This document shows positions 30,870 to 42,222 of a stretch of DNA of 64,000 nucleotides, piece by piece; within the stretch, counting starts at the first letter, position 1, and every line of letters starts with the position of its first letter. The notes under the pieces are model-generated. The model searched no databases, was not told the origin of the DNA, and saw only the letters and a list, made by a program, of their open reading frames with translations. The position numbers and the translations under genes are program-made. Location: contig CAWDXE010000001.1 of NCBI GenBank assembly GCA_963806185.1, positions 864,001-928,000 of the forward strand, read 5' to 3'. Source of the DNA: an uncultured candidate division Zixibacteria bacterium (GTDB taxonomy: Bacteria > Zixibacteria > MSB-5A5 > GN15 > FEB-12).

Positions 30870-32359
30870 TTAGACGGCGAGGGCCATAACCGTTTCCTGT
30901 TTCACGTCGGGTGAATTCACGATTTCACCGCTGGTTCTCCCCTGCTTCATGACGACGATACGGTCGCACATGCCGAGCAGTTCGGGGAGTTCGGAGGAAA
31001 TCATGATGATCGCTTTCCCTTCGGCGGCCAGCTTGTTGATGAGCAGGTACATCTCGTACTTGGCGCCGACGTCGATCCCGCGCGTGGGTTCGTCGAAGAT
31101 GACTACTTTTGAATTCGTCTCCAGCCAGCGGGCGACGAGCAATTTCTGCTGGTTGCCGCCGGAAAGGCTTTCAACCAGTTGCTCCGGGCCGGACAAGCGT
31201 ACCTTGAGTTCAGTCACACGACTGGCAAAGCGGGCCTGTTCGAGACGCTGCTTGATCCAGCCGAGTCGCGACCATCCGGCAATATTGGGCAGGGAGAAGT
31301 TGTCCCGCGCGGAGGCACGCAGAATGAGGCCCTGCGCCTTGCGATCCTCGGTGAGAAGGCAGATGCCGTGCCTGATGGCGTCGCGCGGTGACTCTGATGC
31401 TGATCGACACGCCGTCGAGAACGATATTCCCCTGACGTCATCGGGTCGGCGCCGAAGATAAGGCGGGCGATTTCGGTACGTCCGGCCCCCATGAGTCCGG
31501 CCATGCCGAGCACCTCGCCGCTGTGAACAGAGAACGAAATGTCGCGCACTTGAGCGTGAAGTCAAGCCGGACACCCGCAAGCGGACCTCACCAATCTTGC
31601 AGACAGCTTTGGGAAATTCGGTATCGAGGGAACGGCCGACCATCTGCTCGATAAGTCGCGGCGCGCGTGATATCTTTGGCGGCGTGCGTGCCGATAGTGC
31701 GGCCGTCGCGCATGACGGTTATGCGGTCAGCGATGGCAAAGACCTCGTCGAGTCGGTGACTGATGAAAATGATTCCCATGCCGCGTTGGGCGAGGGCGCG
31801 CAGATTGACAAAGAGGGCGTCGACTTCCCTGGGTGCGAGCGCGGCGGTGGGTTCGTCCATCACCAGAATTTTGGCCTCGCGGGCGAGTGCACGGGCAATC
31901 TCGACCAGTTGTTGTTGGCCGACGCTTAGGTCGGAGACGAGCGCGAGCGGATCGATGGCGACATTGAGTTGGGTGAAAATTTCGCGTGTGCGTTTGATCT
32001 CGTGGGAAGCATCGATGAGGCCGGAGCGAAGCTGTTCGTGGCCAAGAAATAGATTGGCGTGCACCGGAAGTTGCGGGACGAGGGTGAATTCCTGGTAGAT
32101 CGTGGCGATGCCGGCATGTTGGGCCTGAAGCGGTGTGTCGAAACTGACTGGAGAATCACCCAGAGCAATGTCACCGGCGTCGCGCTGATGGACGCCGGTA
32201 AGAATCTTGATGAGGGTGCTCTTCCCCGCGCCGTTTTCGCCGACGAGGGCATGGATCTCCCCCTCGCGCAGGTCGAACGAGGCCTGATCGAGCGCAAGAA
32301 CGCCGGGAAAGGCCTTGCGGACATTCGACAGATTCAGACAGCAACGGCGGCATCGTCAT
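30870..32359 (-). CDS. Sugar ABC ATPase (RbsA-like); several frameshifts
   Basis: [57 protein letters not shown] spread over several frames. Confidence 0.88.
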
Positions 32360-32384
32360 ATTTCCAGTTCACGCCCAGAGAGGA

Positions 32385-33352
32385 CTATTTCGCCGTAGCT
32401 GTTGCATCCTGCTGAGTGAATAGCGCACAGTCAATCAGCGTCGTCGGCGAGACGGGCTGGCCGGAGACATAGGTCTTGATCGCTTCGATTGTCTTCTGGC
32501 CGATATCGTGCGGCTTCTGGACAACGTCGGCGTAAATCTTTCCGGCTTTGATAGCCTCGCGAGCCTCGGGGACAGCATCAAAGCCGATAATCTGAATCTT
32601 ACCCAGCTTGCCGGCCTTTTCAATCGCGGCCAGGGCGCCGAGAGCGGAATCATCGTTGATGCCGAAGACGGCGGTCAGGTCCGGATGGGCCTGTAGGATG
32701 TCTTCGGTGGTGCGAAAGGCCTGGTCCTTGACACCGTGACCGGAGAGTTTGGCGACAATCTGGATATTGGGGTACTTGGCGATTTCTTCTTCGAATCCTT
32801 TGACGCGTTGGATGACTGACTCAACCTCGGGGTGATCGATGATCGCCACCTTGCCGGAGCTATTGATGGCGGCGGCAACGGCCTGAGCGGCCAGACGACC
32901 ACCGGCGACATTGTCGGAGGCGACGTGCGTGACGATCTTGACGCTGTCGGCGAGACAGGCGATATCGGCGGTGAAGACCGGGATGCCGGCATCGTTGGCC
33001 GCCTTGATGGCGGTGCCGATGGAGCGGGAGTCACACGGTGAGACGACAATGGCGTTGACGCGGCGGACGATGAAGTCCTGAATCTGATCTTTCTGTTTGG
33101 CAACGTCGAATTCACCGGCGGTGACCAGCAGTTTATAGCCGGCGGCGTTGGCGGCCTCCTGCAGGCCGGCCTCGAGATCCTGATAGAACGGATGGGTGCG
33201 GGTCAAGAGTGAGACGCCGACAGTGAACTCGGTGGTTTGAGGAACGGTGTCTTGCTTGGCCTGATTTTTGGAGTCGCCGCCGCAACCGACGGTCATGGCA
33301 ACACAGCGCAATACTGGAAATGATAGATCTTGAAATGCGGGGAGAATTTCAT
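32385..33352 (-). CDS. Sugar ABC substrate-binding lipoprotein (RbsB-like); probable indel in the signal peptide
   Basis: HPFYQDL, VASDN, RVKGF, INDDSALGA, IGFDA; TVGC lipobox. Confidence 0.9.
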
Positions 33353-33585
33353 ACCTGCCTCACAGCAACCCTGGTGTGAATGTCCTGAGGCGATGCCCAA
33401 AATCGCCTTGCCTATCGAAGATAGAATACTATACCTGCAATGCCGAGGCAACGGAATTGCGTGGACAGAGAGCGACGAGGAAAGGATTGCCGAATCAAAA
33501 TGGATGCTGTTTCGTAGTAGGGAGGAAAGTGAATCCTGTCTACGCCACCCCGGACCGGGGCATTTATTGACTGGAGGCAAAACTG

Positions 33586-34644
33586 ATGGCATTTCGAGAT
33601 CAAGTGATAGAGGCCAGCTGGACTTCGCGAGCCGAGCGATATCGCCGGCCCGGGGTGTTGGCACTCATTCTGGCGGTGGGGTTATGCCGAATGGCTGTCG
33701 CCGACACAACGGCGGTCGAAATCCTGCGACAAGAGGCGGTCAGGCTCAAACCACTGGTTTTCACCGAACCGGCAATGCAGTTTCTGGACGCGGTGGCGGA
33801 CTTGCCGGAGGTGTCGGTGCGAACGGCCTACGTCAATGCTGAGACCAGAAAAGCTATTTCGCCGGCGGAATACGAGGCGCTGACCGATTCGACGAAGAGG
33901 GCGTACAAGATCCGGGAGTTGGATGGGCACTTCTACTACAACACTCGGTATGGCACACCGTTGGCTTTCGTGCGGGCGTTGGACCTGTCGGTGAAAGCCG
34001 GGTTGGCAGAATTGGACGGCGCCAGGATTGCTGATTTCGGGTTTGGCTCTATCGGGCAGTTGCGATTGATGGCCAGCCTTGGGGCAGAGGCGCACGGAAT
34101 CGAGGTTGACCCGCTCCTTCCACTCCTGTACAGCCAGGTCGGCGACACGGGCGCGATCGCACCGTCAGACGCGGCCAAGGCGACTCATGGCGGAAGGGTG
34201 GTGCTGAATTTTGGGCAGTATCCCGCAGATTCAGCGGTAAGAGCTAAAGTTGGCGACGGGTATGATCTGTTTATCTCCAAGAATACGTTGAAGCGAGGGT
34301 ACATTCATCCGTCGCGCGAGGCGGATCCCCGGATGCTGGTGCATCTGGGTGTAGACGATTCGACGTTTGTGTCGACTGTCTACCGGATGCTGAAGACGGG
34401 CGGAGTGTTCATGATCTACAATCTGCACCCGGCGGAGGCCAAACCGGATGAGAAGTATGTTCCGTGGGCGGACGGCCGGTGTCCGTTCGAGCGGGCGCTG
34501 TTGGAAAAGATCGGCTTTACGGTGATCGCCTACGACAAGGATGACACGGAGTTTGCCCACACGATGGCTAAGGCGCTGGGGTGGGATGCGGAGATGGATC
34601 TGGCGAAGGACCTGTTCGGGCACTATACGGTGGTGCGGAAGTAG
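33586..34644 (+). CDS. Hypothetical protein with a class I SAM methyltransferase-like fold and a putative signal peptide
   Basis: IADFGFG motif I, GIEVD, YDLFISKN, LKTGGVF. Confidence 0.6.
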   Translation: MAFRDQVIEASWTSRAERYRRPGVLALILAVGLCRMAVADTTAVEILRQEAVRLKPLVFTEPAMQFLDAVADLPEVSVRTAYVNAETRKAISPAEYEALTDSTKRAYKIRELDGHFYYNTRYGTPLAFVRALDLSVKAGLAELDGARIADFGFGSIGQLRLMASLGAEAHGIEVDPLLPLLYSQVGDTGAIAPSDAAKATHGGRVVLNFGQYPADSAVRAKVGDGYDLFISKNTLKRGYIHPSREADPRMLVHLGVDDSTFVSTVYRMLKTGGVFMIYNLHPAEAKPDEKYVPWADGRCPFERALLEKIGFTVIAYDKDDTEFAHTMAKALGWDAEMDLAKDLFGHYTVVRK

Positions 34645-34728
34645 GGTCTTCTGCAAACTGACGAGCCGCCGACAGGATGTCGGCGGCTCGACATCGGGTC
34701 GAGAAGGGCCGCCCCGTTTTCCCTGGAC

Positions 34729-36708
34729 TTACTGAGTGACTCTCGTCAGCACCAGGGTCGGGATAGCAATTGGACTGTCTTTGCCCACCAGAGCGAGAAG
34801 ATCGGCGTATTTTTCCTTTCCGAGTTGGATACGGTATAAGTCAACGACCTGGTGAAAAGTTACTTTGCCGGGTTCAACTTGACACGTACTGACGCCGGAA
34901 CCGAATTCGTTCTCGATGTGGACGGAATCGGGTATTGACGAGAGCAGCCAGCCCTCGGGAAGTTCAAATGTCACGTTTCGTTCCAGGCGTGCCGTACGCG
35001 GGATATACACGTCGTTGGTACGTCCAGCGACGTCGTCGGAAAGCGCTCTGCTTCCCATAAAACCAAAGAGACCCGCCGACTGGATAAGCATCTCCGACGG
35101 GGTAATGGTCACGAGGTTGTTCAACGTATATTGGTAGTCAATAACCAGTGGTTCGTTGGCGGCGGAATCATTGAGAATGCTGACGGAATCGATGGACACG
35201 TCGAGACCGGGAATCTCGATCCACCGTCGGATGAACTTGTCACGAGTGTCGGCATGCTGTTCCGCCAGATTGCGTCGTTCGTCGTATCCGGCGATGCCGT
35301 CCAGAGTACGGCGGTCATCGACTTTGAGCGTGCCTGAGGAGTCGACCGCAATAATGATTTCGGCGATTTGGGTTCCGCTTTTTTCCGGTTGAACGGGAAC
35401 TGTCCAGGTTTTTCCGGCGGTGGGGCCGCCGACCGTTAGCGTCGGTTGACCCTGAAAGTCCTCCGGAATCATGCCAAACGGAAGGTATTTGAAGGTGGGA
35501 AACAGGACGACGGCGGCGCTGTCGAGCTGCACACGAAGGGCGGGCATGCCGAACTGACTTCCCGTGATATAATCGCCATCGAAATACCCATCGCGAGAAT
35601 CGTGAACGATCAAGTACTCGCTTTCCATGCCGGCGCGCTCGAGCATGGCTCTTGTCAGACTGGCGATGTCGTAGGGGCTGCCCACTTTGGAATCAAGCGT
35701 CTTACCGGGGTTGCCATCGTTGTCACGCCACGAAGGGGTGATCCTGTCGGCCACAAACTTCAGGATAGCTTCCGCCTTTCCGCGCGGCGTGGTGAAGGGC
35801 CGGACGAGCGAGTCGGTCACCCGCTCCACACTGGAAGAAGTACGCTCGGCTTTCTTAATGACATACTTGTGAAAAGTTTCGGCGACCTCAGCCCAGGTCT
35901 TCTCATTATCCCAACTTCGGTCGATCATTTTGAGATGGGTGACCTGAAATTCAAGGTAGTTGGCGAACAGCTTGAACGGAGGAGAGAACGGCTCCATGCG
36001 CAACGCGGGCACATCGGTGGCCTCGTATGTCAGGTACGTCTTCTTGGCCTCAGGTTTTTGTGAGACAGCGACCGGCGTAAAGCGAAGAGTACTCAACCGC
36101 TTCTGCTGAATGGTCCACCAATCGGGATAGGCGAAAGTGAATTTCAGCTTCTCACATGGGATGGAGTACTGCAGGTCAATGTCGTATTCCAGTGGCGGCA
36201 TAAACAGGCCAGCTACGTATTCCGATTCGTAACCGATCTTCACGATAGTCCCGACCGTGATATTAGGGAACGCGATGGCATAGCTCTTCCAACCTTCGGG
36301 ATTTTTGATCTCTTTGCAGTCGGTGATCGCGAAGTCGCGGATCGTGCCGGCAGGATATACGACCCGGGCATAGAATTTGTCGGGCTTAAAATCGAATTTG
36401 TAGGTGGTGAGATAGTCGGCTTCCGGATTCAGGACCACGTATTCCTCCTGGAAGACGTCGGCATAATCCCAGGTCAGAAGGTTGCTTAACAGCCCGCTCT
36501 TGTCCATTGCGCCTGAGTGCTCAATAGTGTGGTCCGCCGACAGAATCACGCCGTCGTACCCCCTATATTTCTCGACGTAGGCAGTCACGTCCACTGGGGT
36601 GGTTCTCACCTCGGCCACCGGCATGACCAGTCTGGTCGTGCGAACCGACTGCGTGCAACCGCTAAAGCCGACCAGCGCGAGCGTCAGGAAGATGAACGGG
36701 CGTATCAT
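34729..36708 (-). CDS. DUF3857/transglutaminase-like lipoprotein lacking the catalytic Cys
   Basis: FSGC lipobox; FPNITVGTIV, LQYSIP, DVPALRMEPF; GSPYD where GDCKD is expected. Confidence 0.75.
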   Translation of the reverse strand: MIRPFIFLTLALVGFSGCTQSVRTTRLVMPVAEVRTTPVDVTAYVEKYRGYDGVILSADHTIEHSGAMDKSGLLSNLLTWDYADVFQEEYVVLNPEADYLTTYKFDFKPDKFYARVVYPAGTIRDFAITDCKEIKNPEGWKSYAIAFPNITVGTIVKIGYESEYVAGLFMPPLEYDIDLQYSIPCEKLKFTFAYPDWWTIQQKRLSTLRFTPVAVSQKPEAKKTYLTYEATDVPALRMEPFSPPFKLFANYLEFQVTHLKMIDRSWDNEKTWAEVAETFHKYVIKKAERTSSSVERVTDSLVRPFTTPRGKAEAILKFVADRITPSWRDNDGNPGKTLDSKVGSPYDIASLTRAMLERAGMESEYLIVHDSRDGYFDGDYITGSQFGMPALRVQLDSAAVVLFPTFKYLPFGMIPEDFQGQPTLTVGGPTAGKTWTVPVQPEKSGTQIAEIIIAVDSSGTLKVDDRRTLDGIAGYDERRNLAEQHADTRDKFIRRWIEIPGLDVSIDSVSILNDSAANEPLVIDYQYTLNNLVTITPSEMLIQSAGLFGFMGSRALSDDVAGRTNDVYIPRTARLERNVTFELPEGWLLSSIPDSVHIENEFGSGVSTCQVEPGKVTFHQVVDLYRIQLGKEKYADLLALVGKDSPIAIPTLVLTRVTQ

Positions 36709-38543
36709 TTGGTCCCTTTCTGAAGTATGAACATGGCCTTCTTCGCAGCCAAGTATTGACGGCAGAAGCTCAAGGCGGCGGCTTTGGCCGGGCCGCTGAA
36801 CACCTTGCCGACCCGATCGACGGTATAGGTAAAATTGCAGGCTGAACTGTCGGATCGACAGCAACTCGAGAAGAAGCCGCTGAGCGAATCTCCCGCAGCC
36901 GATGAGTCGGCCAAAGCAACACCGGTACCGCGAAGGCGAATGGCTGCACGAGCATGCTGGGAATGGTCAAAATAAACCGGCAGGGAGTCCGACTCCCGCG
37001 TAAAGATGCCGGCGTCGGCGACCCGGAAAAGGGTGTGCGGAACGTAGAAGGCGGTCGGAGAAACGACTACAGCGCGGGACAAATCGGCAACGGCACTGAT
37101 GACCATTTGACGGGGTTGGACATCAATGATACGATAGTCGCGGAGCGTGACGGCGGTCAGTTCCCGTCCAATGATCCGGTCGAACACGTCCTCGGCGGAG
37201 AGATCCGTCTGCTCGGCATCGGTATAGCGATAGGATGCAAGGAGATCGCCTCGAAGCGTTATGTCGGCCTCACTTGTTTTCAGCGAGTCACAATGTGCAG
37301 AGATTTGTAAATCGAGTGACGGAAGCTTGGCCGTTGCCGTGATGATGGTCTCGCGCGGATGCTCCGGATCGAGAATGAGCGCCTGATGCCCTATGATGTC
37401 GTCCGGCGGATCATCAAACGGATTATACCGCGCCGTGGGATCAAAGAAGACTGATTCTCCGTCATTATCATAGTAACAGATGACATGGTCGAAGAAATAC
37501 CGATCGATCACCGCCAGAGCGGGATACATATCCGAAGAGACCAGTCCCATGTACACGGTGAGGCCGAGGCGACGAGCCAGGGCGCAAATCAGATAGGCAC
37601 GGTCCTTGCAGTCGCCGTAGCCAAGAGCGAGTACTTCTCCTGGCGGATGCGGGTAGATGCCGTGAGTGTTCCGGTCGTCGATCAGATACCGAATGTTGGT
37701 GCGCACCCAATCGTGCAGAGCGCGAAGCTTATCAACGGGCGTAGGCAGGACTCCGATCGCGCTGACGAGGGAGTCGGCTTGAGGTGACGGCAGGTTTGGC
37801 TGCAACGACAGTGTCTTGCCGTACCAGCCAACAAATGTTTCGGGCGAGTTTGGAGTGACGAGCTTTCCTTGCCAGGTAACGACCGGAAGCAGCATCGCCA
37901 GCTGGTCGTTGTACGGATAATACTGGAGCGGCATCGCTCTGCCCCGAGGAGCGAAGGAGAACACCGTAGCGGTACTTGACGGCCGCGATATCGTATAGTT
38001 TACACCCTCGCGCGAATAGAGATAGCGCAATGCGATATCAGTGTTTTCGGGGTGGTGGAAGGTGAGGCGGCACGAAATCAGCGAGTCACAGTTGGGAATG
38101 ATCATACGGGGCATGCATTCCACTTCCGGAATGGTGGAGGTATAGGTATAGCCGATCAGGTCGCCCTGCCTAAAGGGACCAGCGAAGTGGAGCAAGTGCA
38201 CTTTGGTGTCGGAAAGAAATACATCGTCGCCGTCGTTGAGCATCGACGATTCAAAGTCGTTGCGTTGCTTCTTGCCGTTGTGGAGAAACTTAAGCGTTTT
38301 GATCGGACGATCGACGGGTTCGTAAACAATGTCTCGCTCCGCATCGCTATTACCGGGAAACAGGCATCTCCGGGAGACGGAGTCACAGGTCTGCAATTGC
38401 GTGAGTTGGTCGCGCTTGGCGCGGAGCGTCACATGCGCTGAGTAGTTCATGCCCCAGCGCGCCGGGCTGTCCTGCGAGTAGACAGCGGCACCGAGCAGAC
38501 AAAGGCAAACCAGACGCAGTAGATGCATAGGCAGTATCGACAT
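36705..38543 (-). CDS. DUF3857/transglutaminase-like protein with an intact triad
   Basis: WVRTNIRY, GYGDCKD (Cys), FDHVI (His), FFDPT (Asp). Confidence 0.85.
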   Translation of the reverse strand: MSILPMHLLRLVCLCLLGAAVYSQDSPARWGMNYSAHVTLRAKRDQLTQLQTCDSVSRRCLFPGNSDAERDIVYEPVDRPIKTLKFLHNGKKQRNDFESSMLNDGDDVFLSDTKVHLLHFAGPFRQGDLIGYTYTSTIPEVECMPRMIIPNCDSLISCRLTFHHPENTDIALRYLYSREGVNYTISRPSSTATVFSFAPRGRAMPLQYYPYNDQLAMLLPVVTWQGKLVTPNSPETFVGWYGKTLSLQPNLPSPQADSLVSAIGVLPTPVDKLRALHDWVRTNIRYLIDDRNTHGIYPHPPGEVLALGYGDCKDRAYLICALARRLGLTVYMGLVSSDMYPALAVIDRYFFDHVICYYDNDGESVFFDPTARYNPFDDPPDDIIGHQALILDPEHPRETIITATAKLPSLDLQISAHCDSLKTSEADITLRGDLLASYRYTDAEQTDLSAEDVFDRIIGRELTAVTLRDYRIIDVQPRQMVISAVADLSRAVVVSPTAFYVPHTLFRVADAGIFTRESDSLPVYFDHSQHARAAIRLRGTGVALADSSAAGDSLSGFFSSCCRSDSSACNFTYTVDRVGKVFSGPAKAAALSFCRQYLAAKKAMFILQKGTK

Positions 38544-38636
38544 TGCCGTTTGATGTCAATATGCCTGCTTAACGTGGCTGAGTCAAGCGACGTTATCGGA
38601 CAGTTGTGCGACCCGTTAGCGTGTGTCGAAGAACTG

Positions 38637-39356
38637 TCAATAGAATCCGCCGCCGGGCTGCCCACCCGGCTCGCCGCCTCCGCCCGGTCCTCCGGGTCCG
38701 CGACTGGGCATGAAGTCCTCGCGCTCTTTCTTGATCTTCTGATACACGCGTTTCTGGTCAGCGGTAAGAACCTGCTCGATCGCCGCATCGGCGGCTTTCT
38801 GCTGCTCGCGCATCTTGCCCATCTGGCCGCGCATCCTTTCCATCTCCTCGCGGCGATCAGCGCCGCCCGGTTGTTCACCGGGACGCATAGCAGGAAGTTC
38901 GGGCGCCTGCATCTCCGGGCCGGACTCCTTGAGAATCACCTCGATCTTCCCCACCTGATCGGCGGAGAGGTCAAGCTGTTCGTTGAGTTCCAGCAGGCGC
39001 GGCGTCGGGAGCAGTGGTGCGGGAGAGCTTGTGATTCGGCTCCGGCTGGCGCTGTCAACCAAAGCGACAAGCACGGTTTGAGTTTCGGCAGTGATCGAGC
39101 GAATTTCCGCTGGCCGCTTTTTGCGATCCGAACCTTTCAGTTGATTAACGGCAGCCATCTTTCCGATCTGGCGATCAAAGATTTTGACGACCGAGTCGTG
39201 CCATTGCTTTTGGATACCGGCGTTGACCGCACATCGCGTGGCGTATAGATTGGCCAGACCATTACGGCTGATGGCCAGGGCCGGCGATAGACTACTTAGG
39301 CAAATAAAAGATGCCAGAAGCAGTGTCGACCGCCAGCGTGAAATAAGCAGAGTCAT
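38637..39356 (-). CDS. Secreted protein with a Spy/CpxP (LTXXQ)-like C-terminus
   Basis: Signal peptide; LDLSADQ and VLTADQK motifs. Confidence 0.55.
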   Translation of the reverse strand: MTLLISRWRSTLLLASFICLSSLSPALAISRNGLANLYATRCAVNAGIQKQWHDSVVKIFDRQIGKMAAVNQLKGSDRKKRPAEIRSITAETQTVLVALVDSASRSRITSSPAPLLPTPRLLELNEQLDLSADQVGKIEVILKESGPEMQAPELPAMRPGEQPGGADRREEMERMRGQMGKMREQQKAADAAIEQVLTADQKRVYQKIKKEREDFMPSRGPGGPGGGGEPGGQPGGGFY

Positions 39357-39492
39357 GGACGAAATCTCCTCAAGTAGATTTCCAGATTCTCCTAGTTGGA
39401 CAATGATACGCGTAGGGGAGATTAATGCAAATCGTCAACTATTGAAAAACCCGCCCCAGGGGCGGGTGTGACTTCGCACGTATCGGATTGTA

Positions 39493-40549
39493 TCAGAATC
39501 GCTTGGTGTAAACGTGGCAGTACGGCTGCTTGCCGGTCTTGTCGTAATAGTCCTGATGGTACAACTCGGCTTCCCAGAAGGTGTCGGCCTGGGCGACCTG
39601 GGTGACGACCTTGAATCCCTTGCCTTTGAGGACAGCAATCAGAGCTGTCGGTGACATGCTTCTGGTTGTCGTCGGTGTAGAACACTGCCGAGCGGTACTG
39701 GTCACCGTAGTCGGGCCCCTGACGATTGTACTGAGTCGGGTCGTGAATTTCAAAAAACAGTTTGGCGAGCGTTTCATACGTCGTTTTGCTCGGATCGAAC
39801 TCGACCTCGACGGTTTCGGCGTGCCCGGTATTGTCGTAGCAGACATCTTTGTAAGTCGGATTCTTGGTGTGGCCACCCATATAGCCGACTCGGGTATTGA
39901 TCACCCCGGAAGCCTGTTTGAGCAGGTGTTCGGTGCCCCAGAAGCAGCCGCCGGCAAAGTAGGCCTTCTGCGTGGCGACCAGCTTGCTCATCGAAGTCTC
40001 GTCGGACGTTCCGGTGGCTCTGGCCAAGCTCGCAGTGACCTCGTCGGGCGGAGCCGCGATGAACTTGAGCGAGATCGAATTGACGCAATGGCGAACATTC
40101 TTCGGCGTAAATCCCTCGCCTTCAAAGACGTGACCGAGATGGGCACCGCACTTGGCGCAGGTGATCTCGGTGCGCCGGCCATCGGCATCGAGAGTCCGTT
40201 TTACCGTGCCGGCGATTTCATCATCGAAGCTCGGCCAGCCGCAGAAGGAATCAAACTTGTCGGCCGATCGATAAAGCGGTGTGCCGCACTGCTTGCAGAC
40301 ATAGGTGCCCTGGGCCTTATTGTTGACGTACTCGCCGGTGAACGGCATTTCGGTCCCCTTGTGAATGATGACTCGTTCTTCTTCGGGGGTCAACTTGTTG
40401 AGCGTCATATTCGTCTCCGTCGAATTGGTGGCACTGGTCATGGTCTTCTCCTGGGATTTCAAGGTCAGGGAAATAAGGCCGACCGCGACAAGGGCCAGCA
40501 GACTTACCCAGACTATTCCGTTCACCCTGAATGATTTCTTGTTGGTCAT
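39493..40549 (-). CDS. msrAB: Exported MsrB-MsrA methionine sulfoxide reductase fusion; frameshift near 39645
   Basis: [27 protein letters not shown] (MsrB); [19 protein letters not shown] (MsrA). Confidence 0.93.
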
Positions 40550-40610
40550 GGACTTTCCTCCGGTGGTCCTTTGCGCGGACCGTTATGGTTCATGTCCCGG
40601 ATCGTAGTAC

Positions 40611-40639
40611 TAAGACAACGGGGCGGCGGCGAGAGTTCC
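40611..40639 (-). promoter_or_regulatory. SigmaE-type ECF promoter upstream of msrAB
   Basis: GGAACT-N17-GTCTTA on the minus strand about 60 nt upstream of the ATG. Confidence 0.5.
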
Positions 40640-40823
40640 GGCTGGGTTGTTAAGGAAAGTTAATAACCGGGCCGGGCGGCGAGGTTAGGGGCGCATGACA
40701 ATGGGCTGACAGAAAAACCGGCACGAATGCGGGCCGGAATCGATATTTGACTTCGGCGACCGACAATCATATGTTTCGGAATTGTCACGCCGGCATACGG
40801 CGTCAAACAGTAAGGAAATCGTC

Positions 40824-42212
40824 ATGGCCAACAATACGAATACACACGAATTGTTGCAGCTCGCCTTTGAACGGGCGACCGAATATATCGAAAGTCTCGA
40901 GACGCGACCCGTAGCGCCCGATCCGGAAGGCGTCGAGCGATTGAGCGAACTCGACGTCCCGTTGCCGGAGGGAACGCAGGATCCCAAGGCTGTGCTTGAG
41001 AAGCTGTATCGAACCGTTACTCCGGCAACGATGGCTATGGCGGGGCCGCGCTTTTTCGGATTCGTGATCGGCGGCGCGTTGCCGGTGACGGTAGCGTCGA
41101 GCTGGCTGACGACCGCGTGGGAGCAGAATACTGGCATGTATCACGGCACGCCGGCCACCGCGAGGTTGGAGCAGGTGGCGTTGCGCTGGCTGCTTGAACT
41201 GTTTGGATTGCCGGCGGAGAGCGACGGGGCGTTTGTCACGGGAGCGTCGGTTGCGAATTTCACGTCGTTGGTGGCCGCTCGCAATGTCGTGATGGCACGT
41301 GAAGGGTGGAATGTCCGCAAGCAGGGGTTGCGGGGGGCGCCGCCGTTGACAGTGGTGATCGGCAAAGAGGCGCATCCGGTGGTGTTCAAGGCGCTGGCAT
41401 TACTGGGAATAGGCACCGATCAGTTGATTGAAGTTGAAGTCGACCGGCAGGGGAGGATGAGGCCTGACAGATTGCCCAGGATCGATGGACCGACGATTGT
41501 TATCGCGCAGGTAGGGAACGTGAATACCGGCGCGTGTGACGCGATCGGCGAAATCTGCACGCGGGTCAAAGGAACCAACACGTGGGTACATGTCGACGGG
41601 GCGTTTGGCCTGTGGGCGAGGGTGGCGCCGAAACGCCGGTATCTCGTTGAAGGCGTTGAGTTGGCTGATTCGTGGGCGACCGACGCCCACAAGTGGCTGA
41701 ATGTACCGTATGATTGCGGACTGGCGTTTGTCCGTCACAAAGATGCGCTGCGACAGGCAATGGCCGTGACCGCGGCCTATCTGCCGAGCGAAGCCGAGTT
41801 TCGGAATCCGAGCGATTATACGCCGGAGCTTTCGCGGCGGGCGCGGGGTGTCGACGTGTGGACGGCGCTGTATCATCTCGGACGGTCGGGCGTGGAAGAC
41901 ATGATCGAGCGGATGTGCCAGTATGCCGAGTTGTTCGCGGAGGCTCTGAGCAAGGATGGGTATGAGATCCTCAATGACGTGGTGCTCAATCAAGTGCTGG
42001 TGTCGTTTGGAAGTGAAGAGCTGAACGAGGCGATTGCGAAGGGGATCCGCGAGGATGGCACCTGCTGGGCGGCCACTACCAAGTGGCAGGGGCAAAGCGC
42101 GATGCGGATCAGTATCTCGTGTTGGGCGACGACGGAGAAGGACGTGGAGATGAGCGTGGAGGCAATGAAGCGGGTGGCGAAGCGGGTGCGGGTGGAGGCA
42201 GGGGTGCGGTGA
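40824..42212 (+). CDS. Group II PLP-dependent decarboxylase
   Basis: PRFFGFV, WVHVDGAFG, SWATDAHKWL. Confidence 0.9.
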   Translation: MANNTNTHELLQLAFERATEYIESLETRPVAPDPEGVERLSELDVPLPEGTQDPKAVLEKLYRTVTPATMAMAGPRFFGFVIGGALPVTVASSWLTTAWEQNTGMYHGTPATARLEQVALRWLLELFGLPAESDGAFVTGASVANFTSLVAARNVVMAREGWNVRKQGLRGAPPLTVVIGKEAHPVVFKALALLGIGTDQLIEVEVDRQGRMRPDRLPRIDGPTIVIAQVGNVNTGACDAIGEICTRVKGTNTWVHVDGAFGLWARVAPKRRYLVEGVELADSWATDAHKWLNVPYDCGLAFVRHKDALRQAMAVTAAYLPSEAEFRNPSDYTPELSRRARGVDVWTALYHLGRSGVEDMIERMCQYAELFAEALSKDGYEILNDVVLNQVLVSFGSEELNEAIAKGIREDGTCWAATTKWQGQSAMRISISCWATTEKDVEMSVEAMKRVAKRVRVEAGVR

Positions 42213-42222
42213 GGGTCGGCAG

